A stretch of 64,000 nucleotides of DNA from Cyanobacteria bacterium P01_D01_bin.156 (GCA_039024555.1 JBCCQQ010000002.1:32001-96000), one strand, 5' to 3'. Shown: positions 39,506 through 50,395, counted from the first letter of the stretch. Translations and numbers: made by a program. Notes: generated by a model from the sequence alone, not told the origin.

Positions 39506-40558
39506 ATGGAAATCACCTACCATCCCATCACCCTTCACAAAAAAGTGCCCCTCACCATCAGCCGCGGCACTCGTTCTCAATCTACTAATCTCTTTATTCA
39601 AATCACTGACGACAATATCACCGGCTATGGTGAAGCCACCCCATTCTCCATCGGTGACCATACCCAAACCACTGAAACGATTACAGATTCTCTCGATCAA
39701 ATTATTGAGGGAATTTCTCTTTATCATCCCCTCGAACGTCAAATTATTGAAGAAAGTCTCGATCAAATTGCGCCCTGTTCTGCTGCCCGCGCTGCCATCG
39801 ATGTAGCACTATGGGACTGGCTAGGGAAAAAAGTGGGTCTACCTCTATGGCAACTGTGGGGCCTAGACTGTCAGCGTATTGGCCCCACTGCGGTAACCGT
39901 AGGCATTAGTACACCTGAAGGGGCATGCGATCGCATCCGCCGCTGGCATAGCGATTATCCCGATCTACGCTCCATCAAAATTAAGTTAGGCAACCCGGCC
40001 GGTATTGAAGCGGACCAAGCCATGTTTAGTGCCTTACAAAGCCACTTTCGGCCCCACGACAAAATTAGTATCGATGCTAATGGCGGCTGGGCGCTTGAAG
40101 ATGCCAAAACCATGGCTACCTGGCTAGCCGATCGAGACGTAGCTTATTTAGAACAACCCCTAGCTACAAGCAACAATCACCAGCTAGACGAATTAAAAGA
40201 CTATTCTCCCCTACCTATTTTTATTGACGAAAGCTGTTTTACCAGCCGGGATATTGTTGCCCTTGCCAAATATGTAGACGGCATCAACATCAAACTTATG
40301 AAATCAGGTGGCCTGACCGAAGCTCGCCGTATGATTGATGTCGCCCGTGCCAGTGGCCTCGATGTTATGTTTGGCTGCTACTCCGATAGTACCCTGGCCA
40401 ATACAGCTTTAGCCCAGTTGTCGCCCCTAGCCACCCACCTAGACCTTGATAGCCATCTCAATCTTAAAAACAATCCTTTCACCGGGGCCACACTTGAAAC
40501 AGGTCGTCTCATCCCTTCATCTCAACCAGGTTTAGGCGTGATACCCACAGCTACCTAA
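39506..40558 (+). CDS. Dipeptide (L-Ala-D/L-Glu) epimerase, enolase superfamily
   Basis: ISRG, GYGEATP, KIKLG, IDANGGW, LEQP, DES, NIKLMKSGG, DLDS. Confidence 0.93.
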   Translation: MEITYHPITLHKKVPLTISRGTRSQSTNLFIQITDDNITGYGEATPFSIGDHTQTTETITDSLDQIIEGISLYHPLERQIIEESLDQIAPCSAARAAIDVALWDWLGKKVGLPLWQLWGLDCQRIGPTAVTVGISTPEGACDRIRRWHSDYPDLRSIKIKLGNPAGIEADQAMFSALQSHFRPHDKISIDANGGWALEDAKTMATWLADRDVAYLEQPLATSNNHQLDELKDYSPLPIFIDESCFTSRDIVALAKYVDGINIKLMKSGGLTEARRMIDVARASGLDVMFGCYSDSTLANTALAQLSPLATHLDLDSHLNLKNNPFTGATLETGRLIPSSQPGLGVIPTAT

Positions 40559-41096
40559 TCGCCACGGTCATCGAATAGCCAGCATCGGCCCAGGTGGGCC
40601 GGATATGAATGCGGTAGCGTCCAGTATTACTCTTGGGTAACATGCCAGACCACTGAGTTGCCGTTGCGCCCACATAGTCTCCGATTAAGTGCATCCAGTA
40701 ATCCGTATCTTCGGCATAAATCTGAAAAACAGCATTCTGCTCTCCAGCCTGCAGATTCACCGTCAGCTGTTGTCCTGGTTCTGCCAGGAAAATATATTCG
40801 TGCTGAGTACCTTGGGCAACGGTCCGATCATGAATGGAGGTTTCATAGGCTCCAGGCGCAAACTCTAGCGTTTCGCTGTACGCCACAGGCGCATCGACAT
40901 AAGTAGTATCAGCGCCTAACGATTCTGACCCATCAGCCTGGGTAATCTCGATCAAATCATTCCGCACCCACAATGCCCTGGCTGCATCAACAAGGGACGG
41001 AGAAACACTCCTCAGGCTAGAATAGCTGGTTTGGGTTGACTGACAGCCAACGATACCAAGCAATAACAATAACCCAAATCTCTTTGTGATACCCAT
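40551..41096 (-). CDS. Putative lipoprotein with PPC-like beta-sandwich domain
   Basis: Lipobox-like KRFGLLLLLGIVGC; EY.F.A..GQ.L.V.L, W.G.LP...G.Y.I. Confidence 0.72.
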   Translation of the reverse strand: MGITKRFGLLLLLGIVGCQSTQTSYSSLRSVSPSLVDAARALWVRNDLIEITQADGSESLGADTTYVDAPVAYSETLEFAPGAYETSIHDRTVAQGTQHEYIFLAEPGQQLTVNLQAGEQNAVFQIYAEDTDYWMHLIGDYVGATATQWSGMLPKSNTGRYRIHIRPTWADAGYSMTVAIR

Positions 41097-41161
41097 CCAT
41101 AGCTGTTTTATGCGACTGTCTCAAGATGCCCAAACATCTGCAGACAATGCTCAATACACAG

Positions 41162-41467
41162 TCACAGAGAAAAGGCTCCAATCAGGGTAATCATGCCACC
41201 CATAACCATCAAGCCAGCAGGCATAAACTTTCTCGTTTTGACTAACCGGATAACAAACACAATTACCAATAACAGGGAAACAATTTTGACCACCCATAGA
41301 CCACTCACAATCCCCTGGGCTGCACGCAATGCACCAATTAGCAACAATAGGCCGCTAATAATGCCAGAAATTAGAGAAGGTAAACTACGCGCTTTGAGAT
41401 ACCCCGTAATACCACCAACGATGGCGAGGATGCCGTAGATCAATGCGATGATAAGGGCGAATGACAT
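41162..41467 (-). CDS. TMEM14-family membrane protein
   Basis: YG.L..VGG..GY.KA.S.PSL.SG; TRKFMPAG. Confidence 0.93.
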   Translation of the reverse strand: MSFALIIALIYGILAIVGGITGYLKARSLPSLISGIISGLLLLIGALRAAQGIVSGLWVVKIVSLLLVIVFVIRLVKTRKFMPAGLMVMGGMITLIGAFSL

Positions 41468-41481
41468 AAGGCAAATTTAAA

Positions 41482-42786
41482 ATGAAGGAATTTGGAGCGG
41501 CCTCGGCTACCATCGCTCAATACCGACAGCAAGCGGCCTCGCTCTTACTCTATCAGGCTGTTCTTGAGGATAACGTAGGGCAAACTTTTTTAGCATTATT
41601 AGATGCCCTCAGCAACAGCCAAGGTGCAACGAACGAACGGGTGCACTGTTTAACTGCCTACAGTCGATGGTTCCAAGCATTAACCAGTACCGGACAAAGC
41701 TGGGGAGACCACCTGCTAGACCGTATCCTAGTAGACAATAATCCCTTTACCATCGCCGTTCAGCACCAGCCAATGACGGCATTACCCGAGCCCTTGCTAG
41801 CGGCAGCCCGTCACGATATGCAGCTGCTTCAAGGGTTGCATAACCTAGCACCTGGTCATATCAGTCAATGTGTACAAACGGCCTGTCAGCTTGCCCAGGC
41901 TCCCATCATATGGTCCGTGTCTCAAAAACCTTCATCAGTGGATTTACCAACAGACTGGGCAGAGAATCTACATCCCCTGGTGAACTATTACAAACAGCAA
42001 GGTACTGGACAATTTGGTCAGTTTTATGGATTTCGCTGGCATCAGGGACATTTGCTAGGAGTTCCTGATCCAGATCCGGTTTGCCTTCAAGATTTGGCAG
42101 GGTATGACGGACCAAAGCATACGCTGATTAAAAATACAGAATTTCTCCTAGCTGGGTTTAACGCTCTGAATGTGCTGCTCTATGGCAGCCGTGGCTCTGG
42201 CAAATCGTCTTTAGTCAAGGCGTTACTCAATGAATATGGTGCCCAGGGGTTACGTCTAGTTGAAGTCACTAAGGCAGAACTATACAATTTGCCACAGATC
42301 GTAGAATATCTGCGACCCCAACCTCAAAAGTTTATTATCTTTGTGGATGATCTTTCTTTTGAGGAAGATGATGATGCGTTTAAGGCCCTCAAAGTAGTTT
42401 TAGAAGGAGGCATTACCCGCAGGCCGCAAAACATAGTCGTTTATGCTACATCCAATCGACGACATCTGGTACGAGAGTTTTTTGCAGACCGACCTCGTCC
42501 CAGCGATGCCGATGAATTGAAGTCATGGGATACGGTGCAAGAGAAACTCTCCTTTAGCGATCGCTTTGGCCTCACCCTGACTTTTGAGCCTGCCGATCAG
42601 CCAACCTATCTAGAAATTGTGCATCATCTGGCCAAGCAAGCTGACGTGGGTTTACCGTTGGAGGACTTAGAGTTCCGTGCCAAACAATGGGCTACCCGTC
42701 ACAATGGTCGCTCTGGACGCAGCGCCCGTCAGTTTATGGATTTTTTAGTCGCTGACTTGGCGCTAAGAGGACATAGCCATGGGTAA
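41482..42786 (+). CDS. DUF815-family AAA+ ATP-binding protein
   Basis: NVLLYGSRGSGKSS, FVDDLSFEE, YATSNRRHL, EKLSFSDRFG, RSGRSARQF. Confidence 0.92.
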   Translation: MKEFGAASATIAQYRQQAASLLLYQAVLEDNVGQTFLALLDALSNSQGATNERVHCLTAYSRWFQALTSTGQSWGDHLLDRILVDNNPFTIAVQHQPMTALPEPLLAAARHDMQLLQGLHNLAPGHISQCVQTACQLAQAPIIWSVSQKPSSVDLPTDWAENLHPLVNYYKQQGTGQFGQFYGFRWHQGHLLGVPDPDPVCLQDLAGYDGPKHTLIKNTEFLLAGFNALNVLLYGSRGSGKSSLVKALLNEYGAQGLRLVEVTKAELYNLPQIVEYLRPQPQKFIIFVDDLSFEEDDDAFKALKVVLEGGITRRPQNIVVYATSNRRHLVREFFADRPRPSDADELKSWDTVQEKLSFSDRFGLTLTFEPADQPTYLEIVHHLAKQADVGLPLEDLEFRAKQWATRHNGRSGRSARQFMDFLVADLALRGHSHG

Positions 42787-44083
42787 GTGGGGACGCTGGG
42801 GTCTAGGAATCGTGGTAATTGTTAGTGTCGGTGTTGCGATCGCATCCATCACCAAGCTGATCTACGACCAAAACCGTATCTACACCGTCCGATTAGCCAC
42901 CGGGAGTTCTATGGGCGAATACTATGCCTTTGGTCAAGCGGTCGCTACGGTCACCGCAGCCAACGAACCCAAAATTCGTATCCAAGTCATTGAATCCAAC
43001 GGTTCAAACCAAAACATGGACAATGTCCATAATCACACCGTGGACCTAGCCTTAGTTCAAAACGACACACCAGTGCAGCCCAATGTAAGAGCTGTCGCTC
43101 AGCTGTATCCAGAGATGTTTCATCTCATTGCTAATGCTGACGCCAACATTAACAGCATTGATGACTTACAAGGAAAACGTATTGCCCTAATGCCTGAAGG
43201 CAGTGGCTCCTACAATCTTTTTTGGCCTCTCAGTGAACACTATGGCCTTACCAAAGACGATTTTCAATTTCGTCCCATGGGTGTGACCGATGCCCACACG
43301 GCATTAAAAGATGGCAGCGTTGATGCCCTATTTCGAATTATCGGCCTGGGTAACAGCAGTGTTGGCCAGTTACTGGCTAATCAACAGTTCAAGCTAGTAC
43401 CCATCGATCAAATTGGCGCACTGCAGCTGACTCAGCCTTATCTGGAATCAACCCTTATTCCTAAGGGAAGCTACGATGGTGGAGCGCCCATACCACCGGA
43501 AGACCTACCGGTCGTTGCCGTCAGTGCATTACTCATTGCTAACGTTAATGTTCATCCAGATGTTGTTAGCACAGTTACCCGTATTCTCTATGAACACCGT
43601 AGTGAACTCATCCGCTTAAACCCACGCACTGCTAATGTTCAGTCACCGGAAGCCAGCCAAAATCTAGGGTTTCCTCTTCATGAAGGTGCCCGTGCTTACT
43701 ATACTCAGGATAATCCTAGCTTTCTCGTGACCTATGCCGAACCCATCGGCCTCCTAATGTCCATCGGCATTCTTCTCTGTTCTAGTCTATGGCAGGGGCG
43801 ACAATGGCTAATTCGGAACCAAAAAGATCGTGCTGATCGATATAATCTGGAAATTCTAGACCTAATTGAAAAAATAGAGCAGGCCAAAGACACCAAGGAG
43901 CTACAGACTCTACGACAGCAGTTACTGGAAATCCTCAGGAAAGTTGTTGTCGATTTAGATATTGACAAAATCTCTCCAGAATCTTTTCAGTCATTTACAT
44001 TTCCCTGGGAAGTTGCCAATACCGCCATCCGTCATCAAGAAATCATTCTTAGTAGCCACACAACAACCATATCTAAAAACTAA
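42779..44083 (+). CDS. TAXI-family TRAP solute-binding protein with C-terminal TM and helical extension
   Basis: LATGS..GEYY, S.GS..N, ALVQND, LYPE..H, PLHEGA.AYY. Confidence 0.92.
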   Translation: MGKWGRWGLGIVVIVSVGVAIASITKLIYDQNRIYTVRLATGSSMGEYYAFGQAVATVTAANEPKIRIQVIESNGSNQNMDNVHNHTVDLALVQNDTPVQPNVRAVAQLYPEMFHLIANADANINSIDDLQGKRIALMPEGSGSYNLFWPLSEHYGLTKDDFQFRPMGVTDAHTALKDGSVDALFRIIGLGNSSVGQLLANQQFKLVPIDQIGALQLTQPYLESTLIPKGSYDGGAPIPPEDLPVVAVSALLIANVNVHPDVVSTVTRILYEHRSELIRLNPRTANVQSPEASQNLGFPLHEGARAYYTQDNPSFLVTYAEPIGLLMSIGILLCSSLWQGRQWLIRNQKDRADRYNLEILDLIEKIEQAKDTKELQTLRQQLLEILRKVVVDLDIDKISPESFQSFTFPWEVANTAIRHQEIILSSHTTTISKN

Positions 44084-44153
44084 TCCATTGAGAGAAGTAC
44101 TGCAATGAAAGTCTAAAGAGATAAATTACTGCCCCCTCTTCTTAGATACCAGC

Positions 44154-45137
44154 TCATACTCCCTCTTCCATATCACTCTCAGTTAAATCCTTGAGCTCGT
44201 ACTCCACCATCGCCTCAACCAAATCAGAAAAAGAATACTTCCGCTCCCACCGAATACGAGCCATGATTTTATCGACACAACCTGCCAGTGTCACAGGCTC
44301 ATCTGGTCGATAAAACTGTGGGTCCACCGACACATAGTCTTGCCAGTTCAGACCTACATAGGAAAATGCACAATCTACCAGTTCTTTGACTGAGTGGGTT
44401 TCACCACTAGCAATAATAAAGTCATCCGGTTTCTCCTGCTGAAGCATCATCCACATGGCATGGACCACATCTTCAGCATGACACCAGTCACGACGGGCAT
44501 CTAGGTTCCCCAACTTGAGCTCCTTTGCCAGACCTAGTTTAATTTTGACCGCCCCTCGAGTAATCTTGCGAAATACAAATTCTGCACCTCGACGGGGAGA
44601 CTCATGGGTGTAGGTAATACCACAGCAGGAATATAGGTCATACTGTTGCCGATAGTTCACGGTCATCCAATGGGCATAGGCTTTAGCCACACCATAGGGG
44701 TTACGTGGGCGAAAGGCTGTACGCTCAGTCTGGGGAGACTCATCCGGTTGACCAAAGACCTCACTGCTAGACGCCTGATAAAAACGTGCATCTGACTTAC
44801 AGCGACGAATGGCTTCTAATAAGCGAGAAACACCAATGGCCGTATATTCAGCTGTGAGCGCTGGCTGCGTCCAGGACAACGGAACGTAGCTCTGGGAGGC
44901 CAAATTATAAATTTCATCGGGCTGCGCTTTATCAATAGCATCCATCAATGAAAACTGGTCCAGTAAGTCCCCAGAAATCACATGAACTTTATCCGCAATA
45001 TGCTTGATACGCCCAAAGCTACTCGAACTGGAGCGACGGACTAGGCCGTAAACGTTATACCCTTTGCTGAGCAGTAACTCAGCCAGATAGGAGCCATCCT
45101 GCCCGGTAAGCCCCGTAATTAGTGCTGATTTAGCCAC
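44154..45137 (-). CDS. gmd: GDP-mannose 4,6-dehydratase
   Basis: ITGLTGQDGSYL, YNLASQS, YQASSSE, PYGVAK, HESPRRG, LGNLDARRDW. Confidence 0.96.
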   Translation of the reverse strand: MAKSALITGLTGQDGSYLAELLLSKGYNVYGLVRRSSSSSFGRIKHIADKVHVISGDLLDQFSLMDAIDKAQPDEIYNLASQSYVPLSWTQPALTAEYTAIGVSRLLEAIRRCKSDARFYQASSSEVFGQPDESPQTERTAFRPRNPYGVAKAYAHWMTVNYRQQYDLYSCCGITYTHESPRRGAEFVFRKITRGAVKIKLGLAKELKLGNLDARRDWCHAEDVVHAMWMMLQQEKPDDFIIASGETHSVKELVDCAFSYVGLNWQDYVSVDPQFYRPDEPVTLAGCVDKIMARIRWERKYSFSDLVEAMVEYELKDLTESDMEEGV

Positions 45138-45227
45138 CCAAGCTCCTACAAAATTACAACAATAAGCATTGCTAGGTTACCCATTTACCTGGTGTTGCCA
45201 CGCTTGGCAGGGCTAATTTGCCATCCC

Positions 45228-46574
45228 CTAAGCATCACTCACTGATCTTTGATTCACCAAATGTCTAAATTTAGACCGCCATCCCTGGCGGCTAAGGCTA
45301 TCAAACGAAACGAAGTCCACTGCAACACTATCTCCCCACCAGTTAGCAATTTGGGTTTGAATATGGTCAATATTGGCTCCATCATCTAGAACCAGTTTAA
45401 GACTTAAGGTTTCGGGGGTAATCTGTTCCACTTGAAATTCATCAATACTGCCCAGGCGATCTAAAACATCCTGAAGATAGTGGGTTGGGTAGCGACGCTC
45501 GCCAATGGTGACCATATCGTGCACACGACCAACAATATTGGTTACGTAAAGGTCTCCGTCTAGCTCAACAAGGTCTCCTAAATCACCGGTACAGTAGCGA
45601 ATTAGGGGCATCATCGCATTAGCTAATCCGGTAAATACGAGTTCCTGAGTATCCGATTGAACATCTGCAGATGCCACGGATCTCCCTTCAGGCCAAACCA
45701 TATAGTCAAGAATTCTCAGATGTTTTGGACTGTCATCCGTTGTATGGGCAACAACACCAAATTCTGCATTCCCGTAACGGTTATAAATCTGGCAGTCAAA
45801 AACAGTTTGAATGAGTTGCCACTTTTTGTCGTCCAAGACTTCTCCGGTTGATTCAAAGGCGGTAAACAGTTTTTTTGCTGGATAGTTTTCCTGATGAGCG
45901 TACAGAGCTAGGCCATAGAGCGTAGAAGGATGCCCTTGCACACCGTAAGGGCGTTCGGCTTTAATGGCATCCAAAATCTTGCCTAGGGAAACAGGATCAA
46001 AAACATCAGTGGTAATGTTTACCCGGTTGAGGGAAATACACTTGATGGATTCTTTTAATCGATCTCGCAGGGGCGGTTTTGCTGGAAAATAGCTAGAGAA
46101 GTGAACTTCTTTCATGTAGCGCTTTTTGCCTGTCCATTCCAGTACCTGGAGATTAGCCGCAGCGGTCCAGTCGAGGGCAGTCTGATCGTAATAGATTAAG
46201 GCTGAAGGCCCGGTAGAGCCACCGGTTTTACGTACGTGCAATGGGCTCCTGTCCACTGTTTCGCTCAGTAGACGTTCTCCTTGTTCTCGCAGAATATCTT
46301 TAGTCAGGTAGGGTAAATCGGTTAGATACTGCGGGTCAGTTTTTAGCTTTTCTGGATCAAACTGTCGTTGCTGAAATACGTCCCGATAATAGGGAACATC
46401 TCGGCCTGCGATCGCAACAGTTTCGTACAGTCGTTGTTGACTCATCCTGCGCCGCTCCACTGGTGACCGCTGGGCGAACGTCTTTAAAGCAGACAATTTA
46501 GGCAAAATTTGGCGCTTTTGCTGTCGCTCTAGCACAGGGTACAGAAAATAGCTAATTAGCGCTTTCAGCATCAA
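45228..46574 (-). CDS. Phenylacetate-CoA ligase-like (CapK-type) adenylate-forming enzyme
   Basis: VPYYR, LPYLTK, KTGGSTG P-loop, YGNAE, PLIRY.TGD, GRVHD. Confidence 0.88.
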   Translation of the reverse strand: MMLKALISYFLYPVLERQQKRQILPKLSALKTFAQRSPVERRRMSQQRLYETVAIAGRDVPYYRDVFQQRQFDPEKLKTDPQYLTDLPYLTKDILREQGERLLSETVDRSPLHVRKTGGSTGPSALIYYDQTALDWTAAANLQVLEWTGKKRYMKEVHFSSYFPAKPPLRDRLKESIKCISLNRVNITTDVFDPVSLGKILDAIKAERPYGVQGHPSTLYGLALYAHQENYPAKKLFTAFESTGEVLDDKKWQLIQTVFDCQIYNRYGNAEFGVVAHTTDDSPKHLRILDYMVWPEGRSVASADVQSDTQELVFTGLANAMMPLIRYCTGDLGDLVELDGDLYVTNIVGRVHDMVTIGERRYPTHYLQDVLDRLGSIDEFQVEQITPETLSLKLVLDDGANIDHIQTQIANWWGDSVAVDFVSFDSLSRQGWRSKFRHLVNQRSVSDA

Positions 46575-47560
46575 GATTTACCACGTACAGCATGTTGATA
46601 GGCCTGGCTAAGCTGTTGAGCCGCCCTTTCCCACGTAAAACTATTTGCCACTTTAGCATTGAGACCGACGGGGGATACGCCCTCTAATTGCTGACAGATA
46701 CCAGCTCGAATACTATCCACTGAATGGGGGTCAACATAGGTAACCGCATCGCCAAAGTATTCCTGGGTGCAGCCTTCTTGAGTAATTACCACCCTAGCCC
46801 CCATGGCAGCAGCTTCTAGAGCGGCTAAACCAGGAGTTTCCAACGTACTGGGCAATACAAAAGCAGCACAGGCAGCATAGGCGGATAGCAGCATAGGGCT
46901 GTGGTGCTCAACATATCCCAAGTAGTTAAAGCAACCGTCTCCTTCTGCTACACATTCGTCATAGTAGGCGCGATCGCGAATATTGCCTAAAACCATCAGA
47001 GGTATATCCAACTCTCGCACGGCTCTTACTAAATTCAGCTGGTTTTTACGCGGTTCAATGTTGGCAACGTTTAGTAAAAATGGGGCCTGAATATTGTGGG
47101 TTTGGCAAAAGAGATCAGGATTTGCGTTCCCCTTGAGAAAGTAATCATCTACGCCATTTACAATGGGAGCAAATTTCTCCAAAGGCACATTGAAGATTGT
47201 ACTTAACGCCGCTGCTTCTGCCTGAGAGTTTGGCAACAAGCGGTCCGCTAGATGCAATAGATGATTAATTTCACCCACCGGGTAAATTCCGGCATCGTAA
47301 CTTTCTTGCGTAATCCACAAAATAGGCGAAATCAGCAGAGGCATCCCTCGACGATGAACATAATCACAGAAATTAGCCGACCCACCTTGAACCGAAAAAT
47401 AGTGAACAACATCTACCTGATCAAATTGTGGCTGCCACAGATCGTAGAACACCACTTCTACCCCTTGTTTCACAAGAGCTTCTTGACATTTCAACAGTTG
47501 AATCTCTCCCCCCCCTGGACAATCAAAGGCAACGGGAAATGTGTTAAATAAAACGCGCAT
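46571..47560 (-). CDS. GT4 glycosyltransferase
   Basis: MRVLF...GGGEIQL, NIEPRKNQ, ETPGLAALEA; ATG 47560 preferred to 47668. Confidence 0.92.
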   Translation of the reverse strand: MRVLFNTFPVAFDCPGGGEIQLLKCQEALVKQGVEVVFYDLWQPQFDQVDVVHYFSVQGGSANFCDYVHRRGMPLLISPILWITQESYDAGIYPVGEINHLLHLADRLLPNSQAEAAALSTIFNVPLEKFAPIVNGVDDYFLKGNANPDLFCQTHNIQAPFLLNVANIEPRKNQLNLVRAVRELDIPLMVLGNIRDRAYYDECVAEGDGCFNYLGYVEHHSPMLLSAYAACAAFVLPSTLETPGLAALEAAAMGARVVITQEGCTQEYFGDAVTYVDPHSVDSIRAGICQQLEGVSPVGLNAKVANSFTWERAAQQLSQAYQHAVRGKS

Positions 47561-47619
47561 GGCTGACAAATTTTGAAAACGAATTGGCTCCATCCTTACC
47601 AACACAGAGCCCAATGCTG

Positions 47620-48822
47620 TCAAATATTCTCCATCAAGGTAATCATTTGCTGACAGCGATTGGCCCAAGTGTGGGCATGAGCCGCTTCAATGCCTACATC
47701 TGGACTCGGCCCTTGCCCAGAGAATACAGCTTGTAGCGACTGCTCAAAAGCCTCAACTGAGTCTGCAGACAGATACAAGTTTTCGTACTCCATCAACGCT
47801 GGTAAACGAGTACCCACAACGGTTTTTCCAGCTGCCAGATACTCAAAAAACTTCATGGGAAACATGGAGCGAGTATAGTCATTGAGCAAGCACGGTAAAA
47901 CCGCCACATCAAAGGCTCGTAAGTAGCTGGGTAAGGTCTCGTAGGCTCGATATCCTAACAAATGAACATTGGGGTGTTGCAGTTCTGGCGGTAAAGTAGC
48001 ACTCTTATCTAATTCAATTCCACCGATTAAAACCCAGTGCCATTGAGGATATCGCTGCGCGATACTTGCTATCAACCAAAAATCTAATTTATAGTCTTTA
48101 ATCGCACCAATAAACCCAATTCTTGGTTGGGGTATGGCAGCGATATCATCAGGAATTCCCCCTGGCTGCCGCGCTTGGGAAAAATGATTATAGTCAGCGA
48201 CATTCGGAAAATAGTGAACCTTACCGGGAGCCAACGCCGCCAGCTTATCTTTCAAATTAAGACTGGTGACAAAAACTAAGTCTGCAGACTTTAAAAGTGA
48301 AGCTTCTGCCTGCTCAACCACGGTTGGCGAAATGCCCGGCACAGTTGTCAGATCATCAACACAGTGATACACCAACAAAGATGACTTGAGCTTGGCTTGG
48401 AACGACTCAATCACGGGATTGTATGCCCACAAAATTGGAGTTCGAAAACCGAGCCATTGTTTTAGTATGCGAAGTGTGGTTACTAAAATCTTCTGGTTTA
48501 TCCACTGCACCACGGCCACATGATGCAGTGGAATCACAAGAGGAGAAAACACCCATACGTTGGATTCAACCTTGCGTATGCCCCGTAGCGATTTGAACAA
48601 CCGTTTGAATATTCGACTGAGGTCTCGTTTGCTAGCTTTTGGCTGCCGCAGCCCCAAAGATTCTATGTAGAGCACGCGAAATCCCTTTTGAGCCAGGCTT
48701 TGACTAACATGCTGATTATTAGTCCAATTGTCTTGGGACCAATCCGCAGTTGAAAATACGATGACATCGGTGGGAAAAGCCAAGGGAGCCCCCAAACAGT
48801 TAACGCTAACCTTGTTATTCAA
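47620..48822 (-). CDS. Glycosyltransferase (GT-B, TuaH-like)
   Basis: FSTADW, YHCVDD, PNVADY, GFIGAI, PMKFFEYLAAG. Confidence 0.9.
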   Translation of the reverse strand: MNNKVSVNCLGAPLAFPTDVIVFSTADWSQDNWTNNQHVSQSLAQKGFRVLYIESLGLRQPKASKRDLSRIFKRLFKSLRGIRKVESNVWVFSPLVIPLHHVAVVQWINQKILVTTLRILKQWLGFRTPILWAYNPVIESFQAKLKSSLLVYHCVDDLTTVPGISPTVVEQAEASLLKSADLVFVTSLNLKDKLAALAPGKVHYFPNVADYNHFSQARQPGGIPDDIAAIPQPRIGFIGAIKDYKLDFWLIASIAQRYPQWHWVLIGGIELDKSATLPPELQHPNVHLLGYRAYETLPSYLRAFDVAVLPCLLNDYTRSMFPMKFFEYLAAGKTVVGTRLPALMEYENLYLSADSVEAFEQSLQAVFSGQGPSPDVGIEAAHAHTWANRCQQMITLMENI

Positions 48823-50395
48823 TCAGAAACGGTGTTTTCTCACCACGCCAATTTATCTGCAAGGGAGGAATCGATGTTGAAAAAGCGCCACCTGGCAAGT
48901 GCCACAGTTTCAGTCTTTGATGGTCATCAACCTTAACTTGCACCAGACTGCGGGCTCGTACAAATTCTAAGCACTCAACTAAATTAGGAAACCACAAATT
49001 ATCATGGGACTGTATAAATCCTAGAAATTCCGCATGGGCGGCTAATCTTTCCGCTTCACTATCCCAACCGTATTGATAAGTAGACGAAAACGGGTGATCT
49101 AAATAACCGAATAAAGCACCCGCCTGTAGATGGTATTTAAAACTTTCGCAGTAAGGCTGTACTGAGTTGCCATATTGATGAAAACAGTCACCATGCAACA
49201 TACATTGTTGACTGTGGGATATCAAAGGTTTATCGCATAGTGGGACTTGCCCTGAACGTCCCATCAAATACTCTGGATCGTTATGGATAATGCCCCCCAC
49301 AAACCCTAGATATCCAGCATCTGCTAAAGCATTGACAGCATAGGGAGGATTCTGATGAAAGGGAGATACAGCGTAGTGTATCGGAGCGGCTTCTGGCAAA
49401 TGCTCCTCCAGCCATTGTTTGGAGTGTTTTGCCTCGTGGAAAGCAGCCGTGTAATCAGGCCCCCAGTTCGGCGGATGGGTGCAGGAATGGGACACCACTG
49501 AGCCACCATGGGCGATCACTTGCCGCAAGAAATCGATATCCTGACGTTGGGGTGGCAATTCCGTAACGACGGCTAGCGATAGGGGCATCCCCATATCTTG
49601 ATACAGCTCAAACAACGGACGGGCGGTTGCGATCGCTTGATCACAATCTAACCTCATGGTCACCGCACTGCGATACCCGCCTGGCACCTCAGCAATATAG
49701 GGAATACAAACCAGCTCATCTGCTCGATAGTCACTGCAAAATGTTTCAATGACCGTCCATTCCAAACTATCAATGGGACCGACTTGACGGTTAAACCAAA
49801 GCACAGAACTATCTGCAGCATCAGCAATGGCAACATAGGTACTCGCAAAGTTTTCTTGTCCATCAACCACCTCCGCAACGGATATTGCATGGGTTATTCT
49901 TGCCTGCTGACAAAGAGACCAGGGACCTTGATTTAAGGTAATGCAGCCAAACCCTAACGTATTCCACTCATCAGTGAAGTCATAACGACCTAATGAGCGA
50001 TGTCGCAAGCCTAACTGAGCCGTTAATAGATGATCGTTATAGAGAACCGTTGCCTGTGATGCCGTGAAAGTTGAATCCAAGGATGGTCGGATCTCTCCCC
50101 AACCTGATTGCCTGTCGCCTAATTCATCAACGGCAATTCCTAATTCAGCACCTAGCTCAACCCCCAGCTTACCAAAGACAATAATCTTACGTCCTTGGCT
50201 CGCCAGAGACTGAAGCAGAGCCAGCTCCACATCCAAAGGGTTGATTACAACATAAATATCTGAATCGTTCTCTGCTCCAACGCTATCAAAGCTCGCTGAA
50301 TTAACCTGAGCCCGACTAAACGAACGCACTAAAGCAGCGCTAACAAGGCTAGCAACTATTCGATCGTGATCGTAATGCAGCAGCGTAATTGTCAA
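48815..50395 (-). CDS. Polysaccharide deacetylase (CE4-like) domain protein
   Basis: TMRLDCD, SHSCTH metal-binding motif. Confidence 0.78.
   Translation of the reverse strand: MTITLLHYDHDRIVASLVSAALVRSFSRAQVNSASFDSVGAENDSDIYVVINPLDVELALLQSLASQGRKIIVFGKLGVELGAELGIAVDELGDRQSGWGEIRPSLDSTFTASQATVLYNDHLLTAQLGLRHRSLGRYDFTDEWNTLGFGCITLNQGPWSLCQQARITHAISVAEVVDGQENFASTYVAIADAADSSVLWFNRQVGPIDSLEWTVIETFCSDYRADELVCIPYIAEVPGGYRSAVTMRLDCDQAIATARPLFELYQDMGMPLSLAVVTELPPQRQDIDFLRQVIAHGGSVVSHSCTHPPNWGPDYTAAFHEAKHSKQWLEEHLPEAAPIHYAVSPFHQNPPYAVNALADAGYLGFVGGIIHNDPEYLMGRSGQVPLCDKPLISHSQQCMLHGDCFHQYGNSVQPYCESFKYHLQAGALFGYLDHPFSSTYQYGWDSEAERLAAHAEFLGFIQSHDNLWFPNLVECLEFVRARSLVQVKVDDHQRLKLWHLPGGAFSTSIPPLQINWRGEKTPFLIE

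Noticed and set aside
39046..39588. Short ORFs in the Coq4-epimerase spacer
   Set aside because: They run through hairpin repeat elements, have no motifs and overlap each other
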